Source: an uncultured Verrucomicrobiales bacterium (GTDB lineage Bacteria > Pseudomonadota > Alphaproteobacteria > Paracaedibacterales > CAIULA01). From it: a stretch of DNA of 24,000 nucleotides. The stretch spans positions 157,358-181,357 of the forward strand of contig CAZDVK010000001.1 in the NCBI GenBank assembly GCA_964508915.1, written 5' to 3'. The position numbers and the translations under genes were made by a program. The notes beneath the pieces were generated by a model. That model ran no database searches. It was given only the letters and a program-made list of their open reading frames with translations, and was not told the DNA's origin. The stretch's first letter is position 1. Every line of letters starts with the position of its first letter. This document shows, one piece after another, positions 1-8,801 of the stretch.

Positions 1-913
1 TTGTTTGCTTGTTTCAGGTTTGCACGTTTTTTATAAAATGAAGTCAGACCATGAATTGCATGTGATGCGGGCTTTGGGCCTAAGCAATTTATATATTTCA
101 AGCCCCTTTATTTTGCTAGGTATTCTTTTTACGTTTTTAGCCTATTGGATCAATATTTTCGTAATGCCCTATTCTTTCAAAAAATTTCGCGACCAGGAAT
201 ACGCCATACGCAATCAATTTTCATCTGCCCTAATTCGTGAAGGAAGTTTTAATTTTTTAAAAGGTATGACCGTTTTCATCAAGGAACGTACAAATGATGG
301 TCAACTAAAAGATATTTTCATATTCAAACCAGCGTCTCAAAAAGGTGAGCAGGAAAAAACCCTTACAATTTTGGCAAAATCAGGCTTTTTACAGAAAGTT
401 AACGACCAATACGTTATGGTTCTTCAACATGGAACACGCCAAGAAAAAAACGTCAATTCAAACGAAATCAGTTTTTTTGCCTTTGAAGAATTTGTATATG
501 ACTTTTCAAAAGCACTTCAAAAACAAGAAGAACGTTCCGTAAAGCCTTATGAAAAATCATTAACGGAACTTTTTGACACATCTCATACCAATTATGATAC
601 CAAAACGTTGGGACGTATGCGCACCGAGGCACATCAACGGCTTATTACACCTTGGCTAGCTTTATTAGACATTCTCGTTGTATGCGCATTTATGTTACGC
701 CAAAGCATGCAACGTAAGCGTGGTCGTGTTGTTATTGCAGCTGCAGCAACTACCAGTCTTGTTATGCACATATCTATTGTTGCGTTGTTAAATCTAAGCA
801 CAGAGCACCCAAAGCTACTTTACATCTTATACGGTACCCTCCCCCTACTTGCGCTTAGCCTTTTATTACTTCTTGAATGGAAACGCGTTGTACTTTGGTG
901 GAATAAATCATGA
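1..913 (+). CDS. lptF: LPS export ABC permease LptF (YjgP/YjgQ family), 5'-truncated by the window edge
   Basis: The frame is open to the window start, so the TTG at position 5 is only an ORF-caller start. The 302 aa show N-terminal TM helices, a central soluble (periplasmic) segment and C-terminal TM helices. There is a 4-nt ATGA overlap with the next, paralogous permease gene, which is the typical lptF-lptG arrangement. Confidence 0.75.
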   Translation, partial: CLLVSGLHVFYKMKSDHELHVMRALGLSNLYISSPFILLGILFTFLAYWINIFVMPYSFKKFRDQEYAIRNQFSSALIREGSFNFLKGMTVFIKERTNDGQLKDIFIFKPASQKGEQEKTLTILAKSGFLQKVNDQYVMVLQHGTRQEKNVNSNEISFFAFEEFVYDFSKALQKQEERSVKPYEKSLTELFDTSHTNYDTKTLGRMRTEAHQRLITPWLALLDILVVCAFMLRQSMQRKRGRVVIAAAATTSLVMHISIVALLNLSTEHPKLLYILYGTLPLLALSLLLLLEWKRVVLWWNKS

Positions 914-2016
914 TCACATACGTTTTTTCAACTTTAAATCGCTATTTTTGCAAGCAGTTTTCTTTTTGGTTCTTAACCACGACATCTTTCATCATGATTG
1001 TGGTAAGCCTGTTTGAATTTATCGAACTTTTACGCCGCTCTATGGGGAAATTCGATGTGGGGGCAACATTACTGCTGGAAATGGTTATCTTAAAGATTCC
1101 CCATCATATACAAACGCTTTTACCATTCATTTTATTCTTTTCCGCTGTTCTAACTATTTGGCGACTTAACCAAACGCAGGAATTATTAGCTTGTCGAACC
1201 ATGGGGACATCTTTATGGCAATTTATCGCAGGCTTATGTCTGGTTCCATTTTTAACTGGTTTTTTTTACTTAACAGTTTTAAACCCCATATCTGCCGCTA
1301 TGACGGCCCGTCTTTACCAATTAGAGGAATCTGTATTTAAAAACACCATGGGAAGACTGTCTATTTTGGAAAATGGTTTGTGGTTCCGCGAATCTATCGA
1401 CAGCAAAACAACCATTTTTCACAGCAAAGACTACCATATTCCATCCAACACATTTACAGATATCACCATTTATTTATTTGATGAACAAAATCAATACGCA
1501 GGGCGCGTTGATGCACCAGAAGCTTCCTTAGAAAACAATCAATGGGTTTTAAAAAACGCCGATTTTTGGAACCATCTGAATCAACTTAGCCATCACACAA
1601 CTTTTCATGTGGAAACATCTTTAACAATCCGCAAGGTCAGGGAGGGTTATCTAGAGCCCAATCTTATTTCATTTTGGCAAACACCATTTTACATAAAACA
1701 TTTGAAAGAAAATGGGCTATCGACAACCCGCTTCATTCTGTACTGGCATGGTCAATTGGCTAAAGTTGGTTTAATGCTTGCCATGGTACTATTAGCTGCA
1801 ACATTTTCCATTCATCATGTTCGTTACCACAACATTGCCCGATTAATTTTATTCGGTGTTTTGGCTGGTTTTTTGATTCATTTTACAAACGATATTGTAT
1901 ACGCCCTCGGGCTTGCCCAAAAAATTCCAATCTTTCTGGCAGCTTGGCTGCCATCACTTGCAACAACCATGTTCAGTGTCAGCATATTGCTTCACTTAGA
2001 AGATGGGCGTTCATAA
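910..2016 (+). CDS. lptG: LPS export ABC permease LptG (YjgP/YjgQ family)
   Basis: 368 aa with an N-terminus (LNRYFCKQFSFWFL...) typical of LptG/LptF permeases, a 3+3 TM layout around a central periplasmic domain, and translational coupling (ATGA) to the upstream paralogue. Confidence 0.8.
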   Translation: MITYVFSTLNRYFCKQFSFWFLTTTSFIMIVVSLFEFIELLRRSMGKFDVGATLLLEMVILKIPHHIQTLLPFILFFSAVLTIWRLNQTQELLACRTMGTSLWQFIAGLCLVPFLTGFFYLTVLNPISAAMTARLYQLEESVFKNTMGRLSILENGLWFRESIDSKTTIFHSKDYHIPSNTFTDITIYLFDEQNQYAGRVDAPEASLENNQWVLKNADFWNHLNQLSHHTTFHVETSLTIRKVREGYLEPNLISFWQTPFYIKHLKENGLSTTRFILYWHGQLAKVGLMLAMVLLAATFSIHHVRYHNIARLILFGVLAGFLIHFTNDIVYALGLAQKIPIFLAAWLPSLATTMFSVSILLHLEDGRS

Positions 2017-2126
2017 AAGTATGGAAAAAAATTTGTGTCATATTTTGTCACAAATAATTTATTGTTTTTACGAATAAGTACGAATAATACTTAAAATATT
2101 AGGATTATTTTCTTTATTTTGTAAAA

Positions 2127-3017
2127 TTGTTGTCATCTGCCCTTAACAACCCCTTGGTTTCACTTAACCGACAAGCTACATTGGCCCGTGCTGTTAGCTG
2201 CGTTGGGGTGGGCGTTCATTCTGGTAAAACAACAAACTTAACGTTAAGGCCAGCCCCCTCTGGTTCGGGTTTTCTGTTTGTCAGGTCTGACATTGACGGC
2301 AATCAAAATAAAATTTCAGGTATTTACCACGCTGTAACCGATACACGTATGTGCACAACACTAACAAATGAACATGGCATTTCAATCAGTACTGTTGAAC
2401 ATGTTCTAGCAGCGTTGGCAGGTGCTGATATTTCAAATGCGATCATTGAAGTCGATGGCCCTGAGGTTCCTATTATGGACGGAAGCTCTGTTCTTTTTTC
2501 TCAAATGATTTTAGATGCTGGTATCGCCCCACAAGAAACAACAGTTCCTTGGATTCGAATTTTAAAAACTGTACGTGTTTCAGAAGGCAACGCCTGGGCG
2601 GAATATGTACCAAGCAACGAACGGATTATTTCCGTTGTTTTTGATGCTCACGGACGCCTTGAAAAACAGTCTTTTAACTTTCAATGGGATCAAGAAAGTT
2701 TTGAAGAAATTATATCCAGCGCACGCACTTTTGGTTTCTATGAAGATGCGGAAAAACTGTGGAATGCTGGGCTTGCTAAAGGGGCATCCCTTGAAAATAC
2801 AGTTGTTATTCATGATAACAAAATTATGAACGAGGAAGGTCTGCGTTCTGATGACGAATTGGTTCGCCACAAAGTGTTAGATGCTGTTGGCGACTTAAGC
2901 CTGGCAGGGTATTACATATACGGAAAATTCCAAGGGTACAATTCAGGCCATGGCCTTAATAACAAGTTGTTGCGCGCCCTATTTTCCCAGCCTGATTGTT
3001 TTGAAATTGGCGTCTAA
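2127..3017 (+). CDS. lpxC: UDP-3-O-acyl-N-acetylglucosamine deacetylase LpxC
   Basis: 296 aa with LpxC blocks GVGVHSG, STVEHVLAAL, EVPIMDGSS, HKVLDAVGDLSLAG and SGHGLNNKLLRAL. The start is TTG at 2127. Confidence 0.9.
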   Translation: MLSSALNNPLVSLNRQATLARAVSCVGVGVHSGKTTNLTLRPAPSGSGFLFVRSDIDGNQNKISGIYHAVTDTRMCTTLTNEHGISISTVEHVLAALAGADISNAIIEVDGPEVPIMDGSSVLFSQMILDAGIAPQETTVPWIRILKTVRVSEGNAWAEYVPSNERIISVVFDAHGRLEKQSFNFQWDQESFEEIISSARTFGFYEDAEKLWNAGLAKGASLENTVVIHDNKIMNEEGLRSDDELVRHKVLDAVGDLSLAGYYIYGKFQGYNSGHGLNNKLLRALFSQPDCFEIGV

Positions 3018-3032
3018 CTAAAAGTAAATCAC

Positions 3033-3773
3033 CTAAGATTCTAATTTTTCACATGCTTTTTCTATACTGTCGGACAGCGTCTTCATAAACTCGTCCCGAT
3101 CAAGGCCTGGTTCAATAGGCTGCAGAAATTGCAAAGTAATTGTTCCGGGTTTTTTAAAAAAACTACGCCGCCCCCAAAAAACACCCGAATTCAGCGCCAC
3201 AGGTATGACAGGAACATTTAAATTTTTGTACATAACACCAATACCCGGTTGATATTGGGTTTTTACACCAGGCCTGCCCCGTGTGCCCTCTGGAAATATT
3301 AAAATAGAATGATTTTCCTGGATGGATTTTTGGGATTGTTCAATTAACACCTTAAGGGCTTTTGTACCCGCTTGCCGATCAATGGAAATAGAATTTAGCT
3401 TTTTTAAATACCGACCGAACAAAGGAACGGATAACAATTCCTTTTTTAAAACAATCCGAAAATCAGGAAATATTTGCGAAAAAATGATAGTTTCCCAGGC
3501 AGATTGATGTTTACACGCCAAAATACAAGGGCTTTTTTGAAGAACCTCTTCCAAAATATTTTTGTCTTTAATTTCGTAACGTAAGCCCACAATAAATTTA
3601 AGGGCCCCCATAACAATGCCACCCCAAATGCGAAATAATTTTTTACAAAACCCAATAGGAAGCACAAGCATAAAGGGCATAAAAAAACCCAAATATAAAG
3701 GTGTAAACGTGTAAAAAAACGCATCAAAAATAAGAGAACGAATGGGCTGAATCATAAAATCACTTTTGAACAA
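3033..3773 (-). CDS. plsC: 1-acyl-sn-glycerol-3-phosphate (lysophospholipid) acyltransferase, PlsC family
   Basis: 246 aa with an N-terminal TM segment, the acyltransferase catalytic block CKHQSAWET (HX4-acidic type) and the FPEGTR motif. It is convergent with lpxC across a gap of only 15 bp. Confidence 0.8.
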   Translation of the reverse strand: MFKSDFMIQPIRSLIFDAFFYTFTPLYLGFFMPFMLVLPIGFCKKLFRIWGGIVMGALKFIVGLRYEIKDKNILEEVLQKSPCILACKHQSAWETIIFSQIFPDFRIVLKKELLSVPLFGRYLKKLNSISIDRQAGTKALKVLIEQSQKSIQENHSILIFPEGTRGRPGVKTQYQPGIGVMYKNLNVPVIPVALNSGVFWGRRSFFKKPGTITLQFLQPIEPGLDRDEFMKTLSDSIEKACEKLES

Positions 3774-3867
3774 TTAAAAAGGCACAGCATAATAGCACTG
3801 CATTCTAATATTGCTTTATTTTCATGACAACTCCATTTATTTTTTCCGCAATGAAATTTTTAATTCC

Positions 3868-4461
3868 TCATTTTTCTCTAAAAATTGTCTTAAAATGTTC
3901 AGCACAATCCAAAATAACCGCTTCTCCTTCTTTGAATTTTTGCTCTTTATGACCTATGATACGACCCTCTACAGGAGCTACGCATCTATACATTACTTCT
4001 AAAAATTTTGCTTTACCTTTTTGCGGATCTACCGCACCTCTTGTACCCTCGTCAAAACCTAAAACGTCATTTGAAACCTTAAAATGGCACCAAGGTTTAA
4101 CCCCTTCGCCACATATTCTTAACAGGTTCCTTTTGGTACGCTCCGATTCCCCTCCATAAATGCCCCTCTCAATTTCTAAGCGGTATGGATAACACTCAGG
4201 GGCACCACCCTTGTAAGAAATACACTCGTAACCTCCAGTAGCCATATTAGCCCTTCTGCGCTTTTCAATTTCTGCTGTCTCATCCCTATTTAAAGAATCT
4301 ATACCAACCGAAAATAATTTTCCCCCAACAACCGTACCAAGACCTACCGCCAAATTCACAGGCCAATTACACCCACTATCGCACTTCTTAAGATCATCGG
4401 AGCTTACTGCCACATTTAGACAAGCTATAAACATCACTAAAGTTCTTAAAAATTTTTTCAT
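3868..4461 (-). CDS. Hypothetical exported Cys-rich protein with a glycine-zipper hydrophobic segment and a possible SUEL/rhamnose-binding-lectin-like C-terminal domain
   Basis: The start is placed at ATG 4461 (MKKFLRTLVMFIACLNVAVS signal peptide), preceded by the strong SD TTTAGGGGGTAAA; the longer ORF from 4509 lacks this context. The mature part contains VGLGTVVGG and a Cys pattern, C..IERGIYGG..CGEG...C.F.V.N..LG....DP..G..KFLEV.YRC, reminiscent of Gal_Lectin domains. The functional call is weak. Confidence 0.6.
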   Translation of the reverse strand: MKKFLRTLVMFIACLNVAVSSDDLKKCDSGCNWPVNLAVGLGTVVGGKLFSVGIDSLNRDETAEIEKRRRANMATGGYECISYKGGAPECYPYRLEIERGIYGGESERTKRNLLRICGEGVKPWCHFKVSNDVLGFDEGTRGAVDPQKGKAKFLEVMYRCVAPVEGRIIGHKEQKFKEGEAVILDCAEHFKTIFREK

Positions 4462-4527
4462 TTTACCCCCTAAACATAAATTGCTAAAAATAAAAGCGGG
4501 TTCTTCCATATTTTTTATGACTTACTG

Positions 4528-5073
4528 CTAGCTTTTTCTTTTCGATAATCTAATTTTAATCACGTCATTAGCTCCTTCCATAAAATCGCCTACGTTTTTA
4601 CCAAAAAATTTTCCATGTTCGGTACTGCAAAAGCCCCCAAGCCCAATACCAACAGCTGGCCACAAAACAAAAAATTTATCGTTAAATACTAATCCTGCAC
4701 AAACTAAAGTAAGCGACGTAGGAATTGTATATGAACCAAAACGGCTTTTATTACTCGCATATCCACCCAAATGGCCTGTTACAGCCCCAACCCCAAACAA
4801 GCCCATATTACGCATATAACTTTTTACCGGCATCAAAGCTATTGCGCCTACTGTTGAACTTAAAAATGGTGCCGCTAGAGTGGAATTTTCAAACATAAAG
4901 TCGCCGACGATCTCTCCCCATTCATATGCATTGGAACGTCTTAGACTTACAGCAGGAGATTGCCCAACCGGCACCCCTGCCCTTCTTTCCTCACCTTCTA
5001 AACATAGACAGGAAGCACACCCTAATAGATACAAAAGAGCAATCCAACAAGAGCAGCTCATGACAAATCTCAT
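4528..5073 (-). CDS. Hypothetical membrane protein / putative lipoprotein with glycine-zipper segments
   Basis: 181 aa. The SD AGGGGA lies 9 nt upstream of ATG 5073. The N-terminus WIALLYLLGCAS contains a lipobox-like L-L-G-C. Later hydrophobic Gly-rich helices are GLFGVGAVTGHLGG and WPAVGIGLGGF. I recognise no family. Confidence 0.55.
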   Translation of the reverse strand: MRFVMSCSCWIALLYLLGCASCLCLEGEERRAGVPVGQSPAVSLRRSNAYEWGEIVGDFMFENSTLAAPFLSSTVGAIALMPVKSYMRNMGLFGVGAVTGHLGGYASNKSRFGSYTIPTSLTLVCAGLVFNDKFFVLWPAVGIGLGGFCSTEHGKFFGKNVGDFMEGANDVIKIRLSKRKS

Positions 5074-5271
5074 TCATCAATTTCCCCTGCGTAAATGGAT
5101 ATAGGAAAAATAACACCATTAAAAGTTGAAAATAGATGTATTTTTCTCGCCAAAATGATTGATAAAAAGATCAAAAATGAAAAAGGCAAATGATAAAAAA
5201 ATCAGTTTTAGCAAAGTTAAAAAATGGCATTATAATTGAGCTACTTTCTTTTCAAGCTATTTAATATTCTT

Positions 5272-5775
5272 ATGACAATTCCATTCATTTGGTACCCTTC
5301 CCCCAATTTCAACGAACGCCCAGACAATACACTTATAGATACGATCGTTCTTCATTATACAGATATGGAAACATGCCAAGAGTCGTTAGCTCGGTTATGT
5401 GATCCAAACTACAAGGTCAGCTGTCATTATTTGGTAAATGATAATGGTGATATTTATCAATTGGTTAAAGATGAGCATCGTGCCTGGCATGCTGGCATCA
5501 GCCATTGGCAAGGGCGTGATAACGTCAATGATTTTTCCATAGGAATTGAATTACAAAACTTTGGGTATCAATACTTTATTGCAAAAAATGAATGGCAGCC
5601 ATACACAACACAGCAAATTAATAACCTGTTGATTTTGTTGGATTTTTTAACACACCAACATAACATAGCACCCCGTAATATAATTGGTCATTCGGATGTT
5701 GCACCGGGTCGAAAAATTGACCCTGGGCCTCACTTTCCGTGGGATTTAGTTCATCAACATTTTGAAAAATTGTGA
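5272..5775 (+). CDS. ampD: N-acetylmuramoyl-L-alanine amidase (Amidase_2; AmpD-like anhydro-muropeptide amidase)
   Basis: Motifs PSPNFNER, IDTIVLHYT, AWHAG, FSIGIEL and GHSDVAPGRKIDPGPHFPW. The ORF opens at TTG 5236 and the first ATG is at 5272; neither has a clear SD, so the start is uncertain. Confidence 0.85.
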   Translation: MTIPFIWYPSPNFNERPDNTLIDTIVLHYTDMETCQESLARLCDPNYKVSCHYLVNDNGDIYQLVKDEHRAWHAGISHWQGRDNVNDFSIGIELQNFGYQYFIAKNEWQPYTTQQINNLLILLDFLTHQHNIAPRNIIGHSDVAPGRKIDPGPHFPWDLVHQHFEKL

Positions 5776-5919
5776 TAAAAACAGGGTATTTTGTATCGAT
5801 AAAATTAAAGGTAAATAAATTATTAAAAATTGCTAAAATTTAAAAAAATTTAATGTTATGAAGATATAAAATTTTTTGCTAGCATGTATTTAAGATAACC
5901 CAAAAAGGTTTTTTTTATT

Positions 5920-6699
5920 ATGCGCGTACTGCTTATTGAAGACGATTCAGCCACTTGCGAAAACTTAAAAGCCATGCTGAAACCAGAAGGCTTTATTTGC
6001 GACACAACAGACTTAGGCGAAGATGGGCTGGAAATTGGTAAATTGTATGAATATGACTTAATTATTCTTGATCTGATGCTTCCAGATATTGATGGCTTTG
6101 AAGTCTTAAGACGTCTTCGAAACTCACAAGTTAAGACCCCTATTTTGGTTTTGTCAGGCCTCAGCGAAATAGAAGACAAGGTCAAGGGACTTGGTTTTGG
6201 TGCAGACGACTATTTGACAAAGCCCTTTAGCAAAATGGAGCTTTTGGCACGCGCCCACGCCATTGTCCGCCGATCACGGGGTCATTCTGATTCTTTGATC
6301 AAAACAGGGCGGCTAACGGTAAACCTTCAAAACAGAACGGCATCCGTTGATAATATAACTTTGAATTTAACAGGCAAAGAATATTCCATTCTAGAGCTAT
6401 TGTCCTTACGCAAAGGGACGACACTTACAAAAGAAATGTTTTTAAATCATCTTTATGGTGGCATGGATGAGCCTGAGCTTAAAATTATTGACGTCTTTAT
6501 TTGCAAATTGCGCCGTAAATTGGCAGAAGCTTTGGGGACAGATGATTACATTGAAACAGTTTGGGGGCGTGGCTATGTGCTACGTGATCCAACGCTGAAT
6601 CAGACAACAGTCACAAAAACAATTCCAACAACTACGGCAACACTTGCGGCAACTCAAACACAAGCTGATGCCGCGATGCGGGAGATTTTTGCAAAATAA
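5920..6699 (+). CDS. ctrA: Cell-cycle response regulator CtrA (OmpR family) with a C-terminal Thr/Ala/Gln-rich extension
   Basis: Long blocks match canonical alphaproteobacterial CtrA: [69 protein letters not shown] and AIVRRSRGH, plus the winged helix [12 protein letters not shown]. Confidence 0.92.
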   Translation: MRVLLIEDDSATCENLKAMLKPEGFICDTTDLGEDGLEIGKLYEYDLIILDLMLPDIDGFEVLRRLRNSQVKTPILVLSGLSEIEDKVKGLGFGADDYLTKPFSKMELLARAHAIVRRSRGHSDSLIKTGRLTVNLQNRTASVDNITLNLTGKEYSILELLSLRKGTTLTKEMFLNHLYGGMDEPELKIIDVFICKLRRKLAEALGTDDYIETVWGRGYVLRDPTLNQTTVTKTIPTTTATLAATQTQADAAMREIFAK

Positions 6700-6720
6700 A
6701 AGCGAGAAGTTGGTTAGGGA

Positions 6721-6749
6721 TTGCACCATTTTGACCATTGTGCTATCAA
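6721..6749 (+). promoter_or_regulatory. Possible sigma-70-type promoter for tRNA-Val (TTGCAC-N17-TATCAA)
   Basis: TTGCAC at 6721-6726, a 17-nt spacer, then TATCAA at 6744-6749, ending 12 nt before the tRNA 5' end. This is a pattern match only, in an AT-rich background. Confidence 0.3.
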
Positions 6750-6761
6750 AAGGCTGAGACT

Positions 6762-6836
<75 letters not shown>

Positions 6837-6887
6837 TTTTCGCGTCATTGGTATTTTAAAGAGAATTTTAGAAAAGGCAAAGCTTGT

Positions 6888-8681
6888 ATGACGCTTTCCC
6901 AGATTCCCATTTTTGTAGATCGTATAAAACAACTTCAGGATTTTCTTCATACCTCAGAAGCAAATGCCATCATTATCCCTCAAGCAGATCGTTTCCAAGC
7001 TGAATACCCCCCCCTATGTGATGAACGCCTTGCCTGGCTTACAGGGTTTACCGGCAGTAACGGTATTGCCATTGTTACCAAATATCAAGTTTGCCTATTA
7101 ACAGATGGTCGTTATATCCTTCAAGCTGGTGAAGAAACAGAAAACACAGGCATTGAAGTCCAAAACCTAAATAATCTGGGTAATGTCATCAAGAACACAC
7201 TTCAAAAAGATTATATTGTTCTGTTTGACCCCTGGTTGCATACGCCCCATAGTTTAAAAATTTGGTTTGATTTAAGCGAAGAAATTGGTTTTCACCTCAG
7301 ACATTTAGCAGAAAACCCCATTGACCTATTTTGGAAAAATAAGCCACCCAAACCCCAGGGCAAAATTTGGCCCCATGCAATTGAATGGGCTGGGGAAGAT
7401 GCTATTGATAAGCAGGAAAAGGTTTGTGATTTTCTAAAAGAAAAAAAATTTGATGCCCTCTTTTTAAGGTCACCTGAATGTACTGCTTGGCTTTTAAATA
7501 TTCGCGGCTCTGACGGGCGCTTTACCCCAACGGCACAAATGTTTTCATTTATTCAAAAAGATGGAACCATCTATGTTTACACAGATTTGAATAAATTAAA
7601 TGATACCGTTCGCCAACATTGTGGTTCCCATGTTTTTTGGTTTGAAGAAGAACAATTGCTGGAAGGGCTATCTCTACTGGCAGAAAAAAGTGTGCTTGTT
7701 GATAAACAATATATCCCTCAAAAAGTAATCCATAGACTTTCAGAAGTGAATGCAAAAATTCATTTGGGTCAAGACCCCTGTATTCCTTTTAAAGCCATTA
7801 AAAACACCACCGAAGTAACGGGCGCCTATGCCTGCCATAAACGAGATGCTATTGCGTTAATTCACTTCCTAAACTGGCTAGAAGATTCAATAGCCAGACA
7901 AGAACCCATTACTGAACTGCAAGCCGCCCAACAGCTGTTGGTTTTTAGAAAGCAGCAAGAATATTTTTTCAGTCAAAGTTTTGCCCCCATTTCAAGTTCA
8001 GGGCCCCATGGCGCCGTAGTTCACTATACACCCTCCATTGAAACAGACCGCATTATAGACAAAGATGGCCTGTATTTAATTGATTCTGGCGGACAGTACT
8101 TTGATGGTACAACCGATGTCACCCGTACGATTTGTTTCACAACACCAACCGATGAACAAAAGGATCGCTTCACCCGTGTTCTAAAAGGGCATATTGCTAT
8201 TGCAACGGCTTTATTCCCAGATGGAACCGTAGGCCACGCCTTAGACACCCTAGCCCGTCAGTTTTTATGGAAAGCAGGCGTTGACTATGAGCACGGCACA
8301 GGGCACGGTGTTGGCAGTTTTTTGGGTGTTCACGAAGGTCCACAAAATATTGGCAAATCAATAAGTACAGCGCCTTTAAAACCCGGAATGATTTTATCCA
8401 ATGAACCAGGCTATTATAAGGCCGGCGAATATGGCATTCGGATAGAAAGCTTGGTTGTTGTTGTTAAAAAAATAGATGAACCCAATCGTCAGTTTTTTGG
8501 GTTTGACACGCTAACCCTTGTTCCTATTGACCGCAAGTTGATTGACGCAACACTGCTCACAGACGAAGACATAGCCTGGATCGATGGCTATCATCACCGT
8601 ATTTGGAAAACGTTATCTCCCTTATTAAGTGGTCATACCTTCGATTGGCTTCAAAAGGAAACACAACCATTGATCAGGTAA
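6888..8681 (+). CDS. Xaa-Pro aminopeptidase (aminopeptidase P family, M24B, long form)
   Basis: 597 aa. The C-terminal pita-bread domain carries the metal ligand blocks DSGGQY, DVTRT, HGTGHGVGSFLGVHEGP, SNEPGYY and GIRIE. The N-terminal half is creatinase/prolidase-like. Confidence 0.9.
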   Translation: MTLSQIPIFVDRIKQLQDFLHTSEANAIIIPQADRFQAEYPPLCDERLAWLTGFTGSNGIAIVTKYQVCLLTDGRYILQAGEETENTGIEVQNLNNLGNVIKNTLQKDYIVLFDPWLHTPHSLKIWFDLSEEIGFHLRHLAENPIDLFWKNKPPKPQGKIWPHAIEWAGEDAIDKQEKVCDFLKEKKFDALFLRSPECTAWLLNIRGSDGRFTPTAQMFSFIQKDGTIYVYTDLNKLNDTVRQHCGSHVFWFEEEQLLEGLSLLAEKSVLVDKQYIPQKVIHRLSEVNAKIHLGQDPCIPFKAIKNTTEVTGAYACHKRDAIALIHFLNWLEDSIARQEPITELQAAQQLLVFRKQQEYFFSQSFAPISSSGPHGAVVHYTPSIETDRIIDKDGLYLIDSGGQYFDGTTDVTRTICFTTPTDEQKDRFTRVLKGHIAIATALFPDGTVGHALDTLARQFLWKAGVDYEHGTGHGVGSFLGVHEGPQNIGKSISTAPLKPGMILSNEPGYYKAGEYGIRIESLVVVVKKIDEPNRQFFGFDTLTLVPIDRKLIDATLLTDEDIAWIDGYHHRIWKTLSPLLSGHTFDWLQKETQPLIR

Positions 8682-8730
8682 TGTTACCCAAGTATGTTTG
8701 AAGCGTGGCGATCCAGCTGTTTTTATCTGG

Positions 8731-8770
8731 TTTTAAAAAAGCCCTAAACACAATACTGGGGTTTAGGGCT
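8731..8770 (-). terminator. Rho-independent terminator for the 8802-10340 gene (possibly bidirectional with the aminopeptidase gene)
   Basis: A 10-bp stem, AGCCCTAAAC (8740-8749) pairing with GTTTAGGGCT (8761-8770), with an 11-nt loop. On the minus strand the stem is followed by TTTTTAAAA. It lies 31 nt downstream of the minus-strand stop at 8802. Confidence 0.55.
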
Positions 8771-8801
8771 GATAAAAGATCAGAAAGTTTAGATACTACT
8801 T

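Noticed and set aside
4462-4509. N-terminal extension (MEEPAFIFSNLCLGGK) of the 3868..4509 ORF
   Set aside because: The internal ATG at 4461 is preceded by a strong SD (AGGGGG) and begins a canonical signal peptide. The extension would bury the signal peptide and contains the SD itself.
5805-5853. Several TTAA half-sites upstream of ctrA that looked like CtrA autoregulatory boxes
   Set aside because: The start-to-start spacings I counted are 18, 17 and 10 nt; none gives the required TTAA-N7-TTAA (11 nt). TTAA is very frequent in this AT-rich spacer.
5856-6185. 109-aa minus-strand ORF overlapping the ctrA start
   Set aside because: It is antisense to the highly conserved CtrA receiver domain, Ser-rich and low-complexity, with no start context. 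This is a typical shadow ORF.
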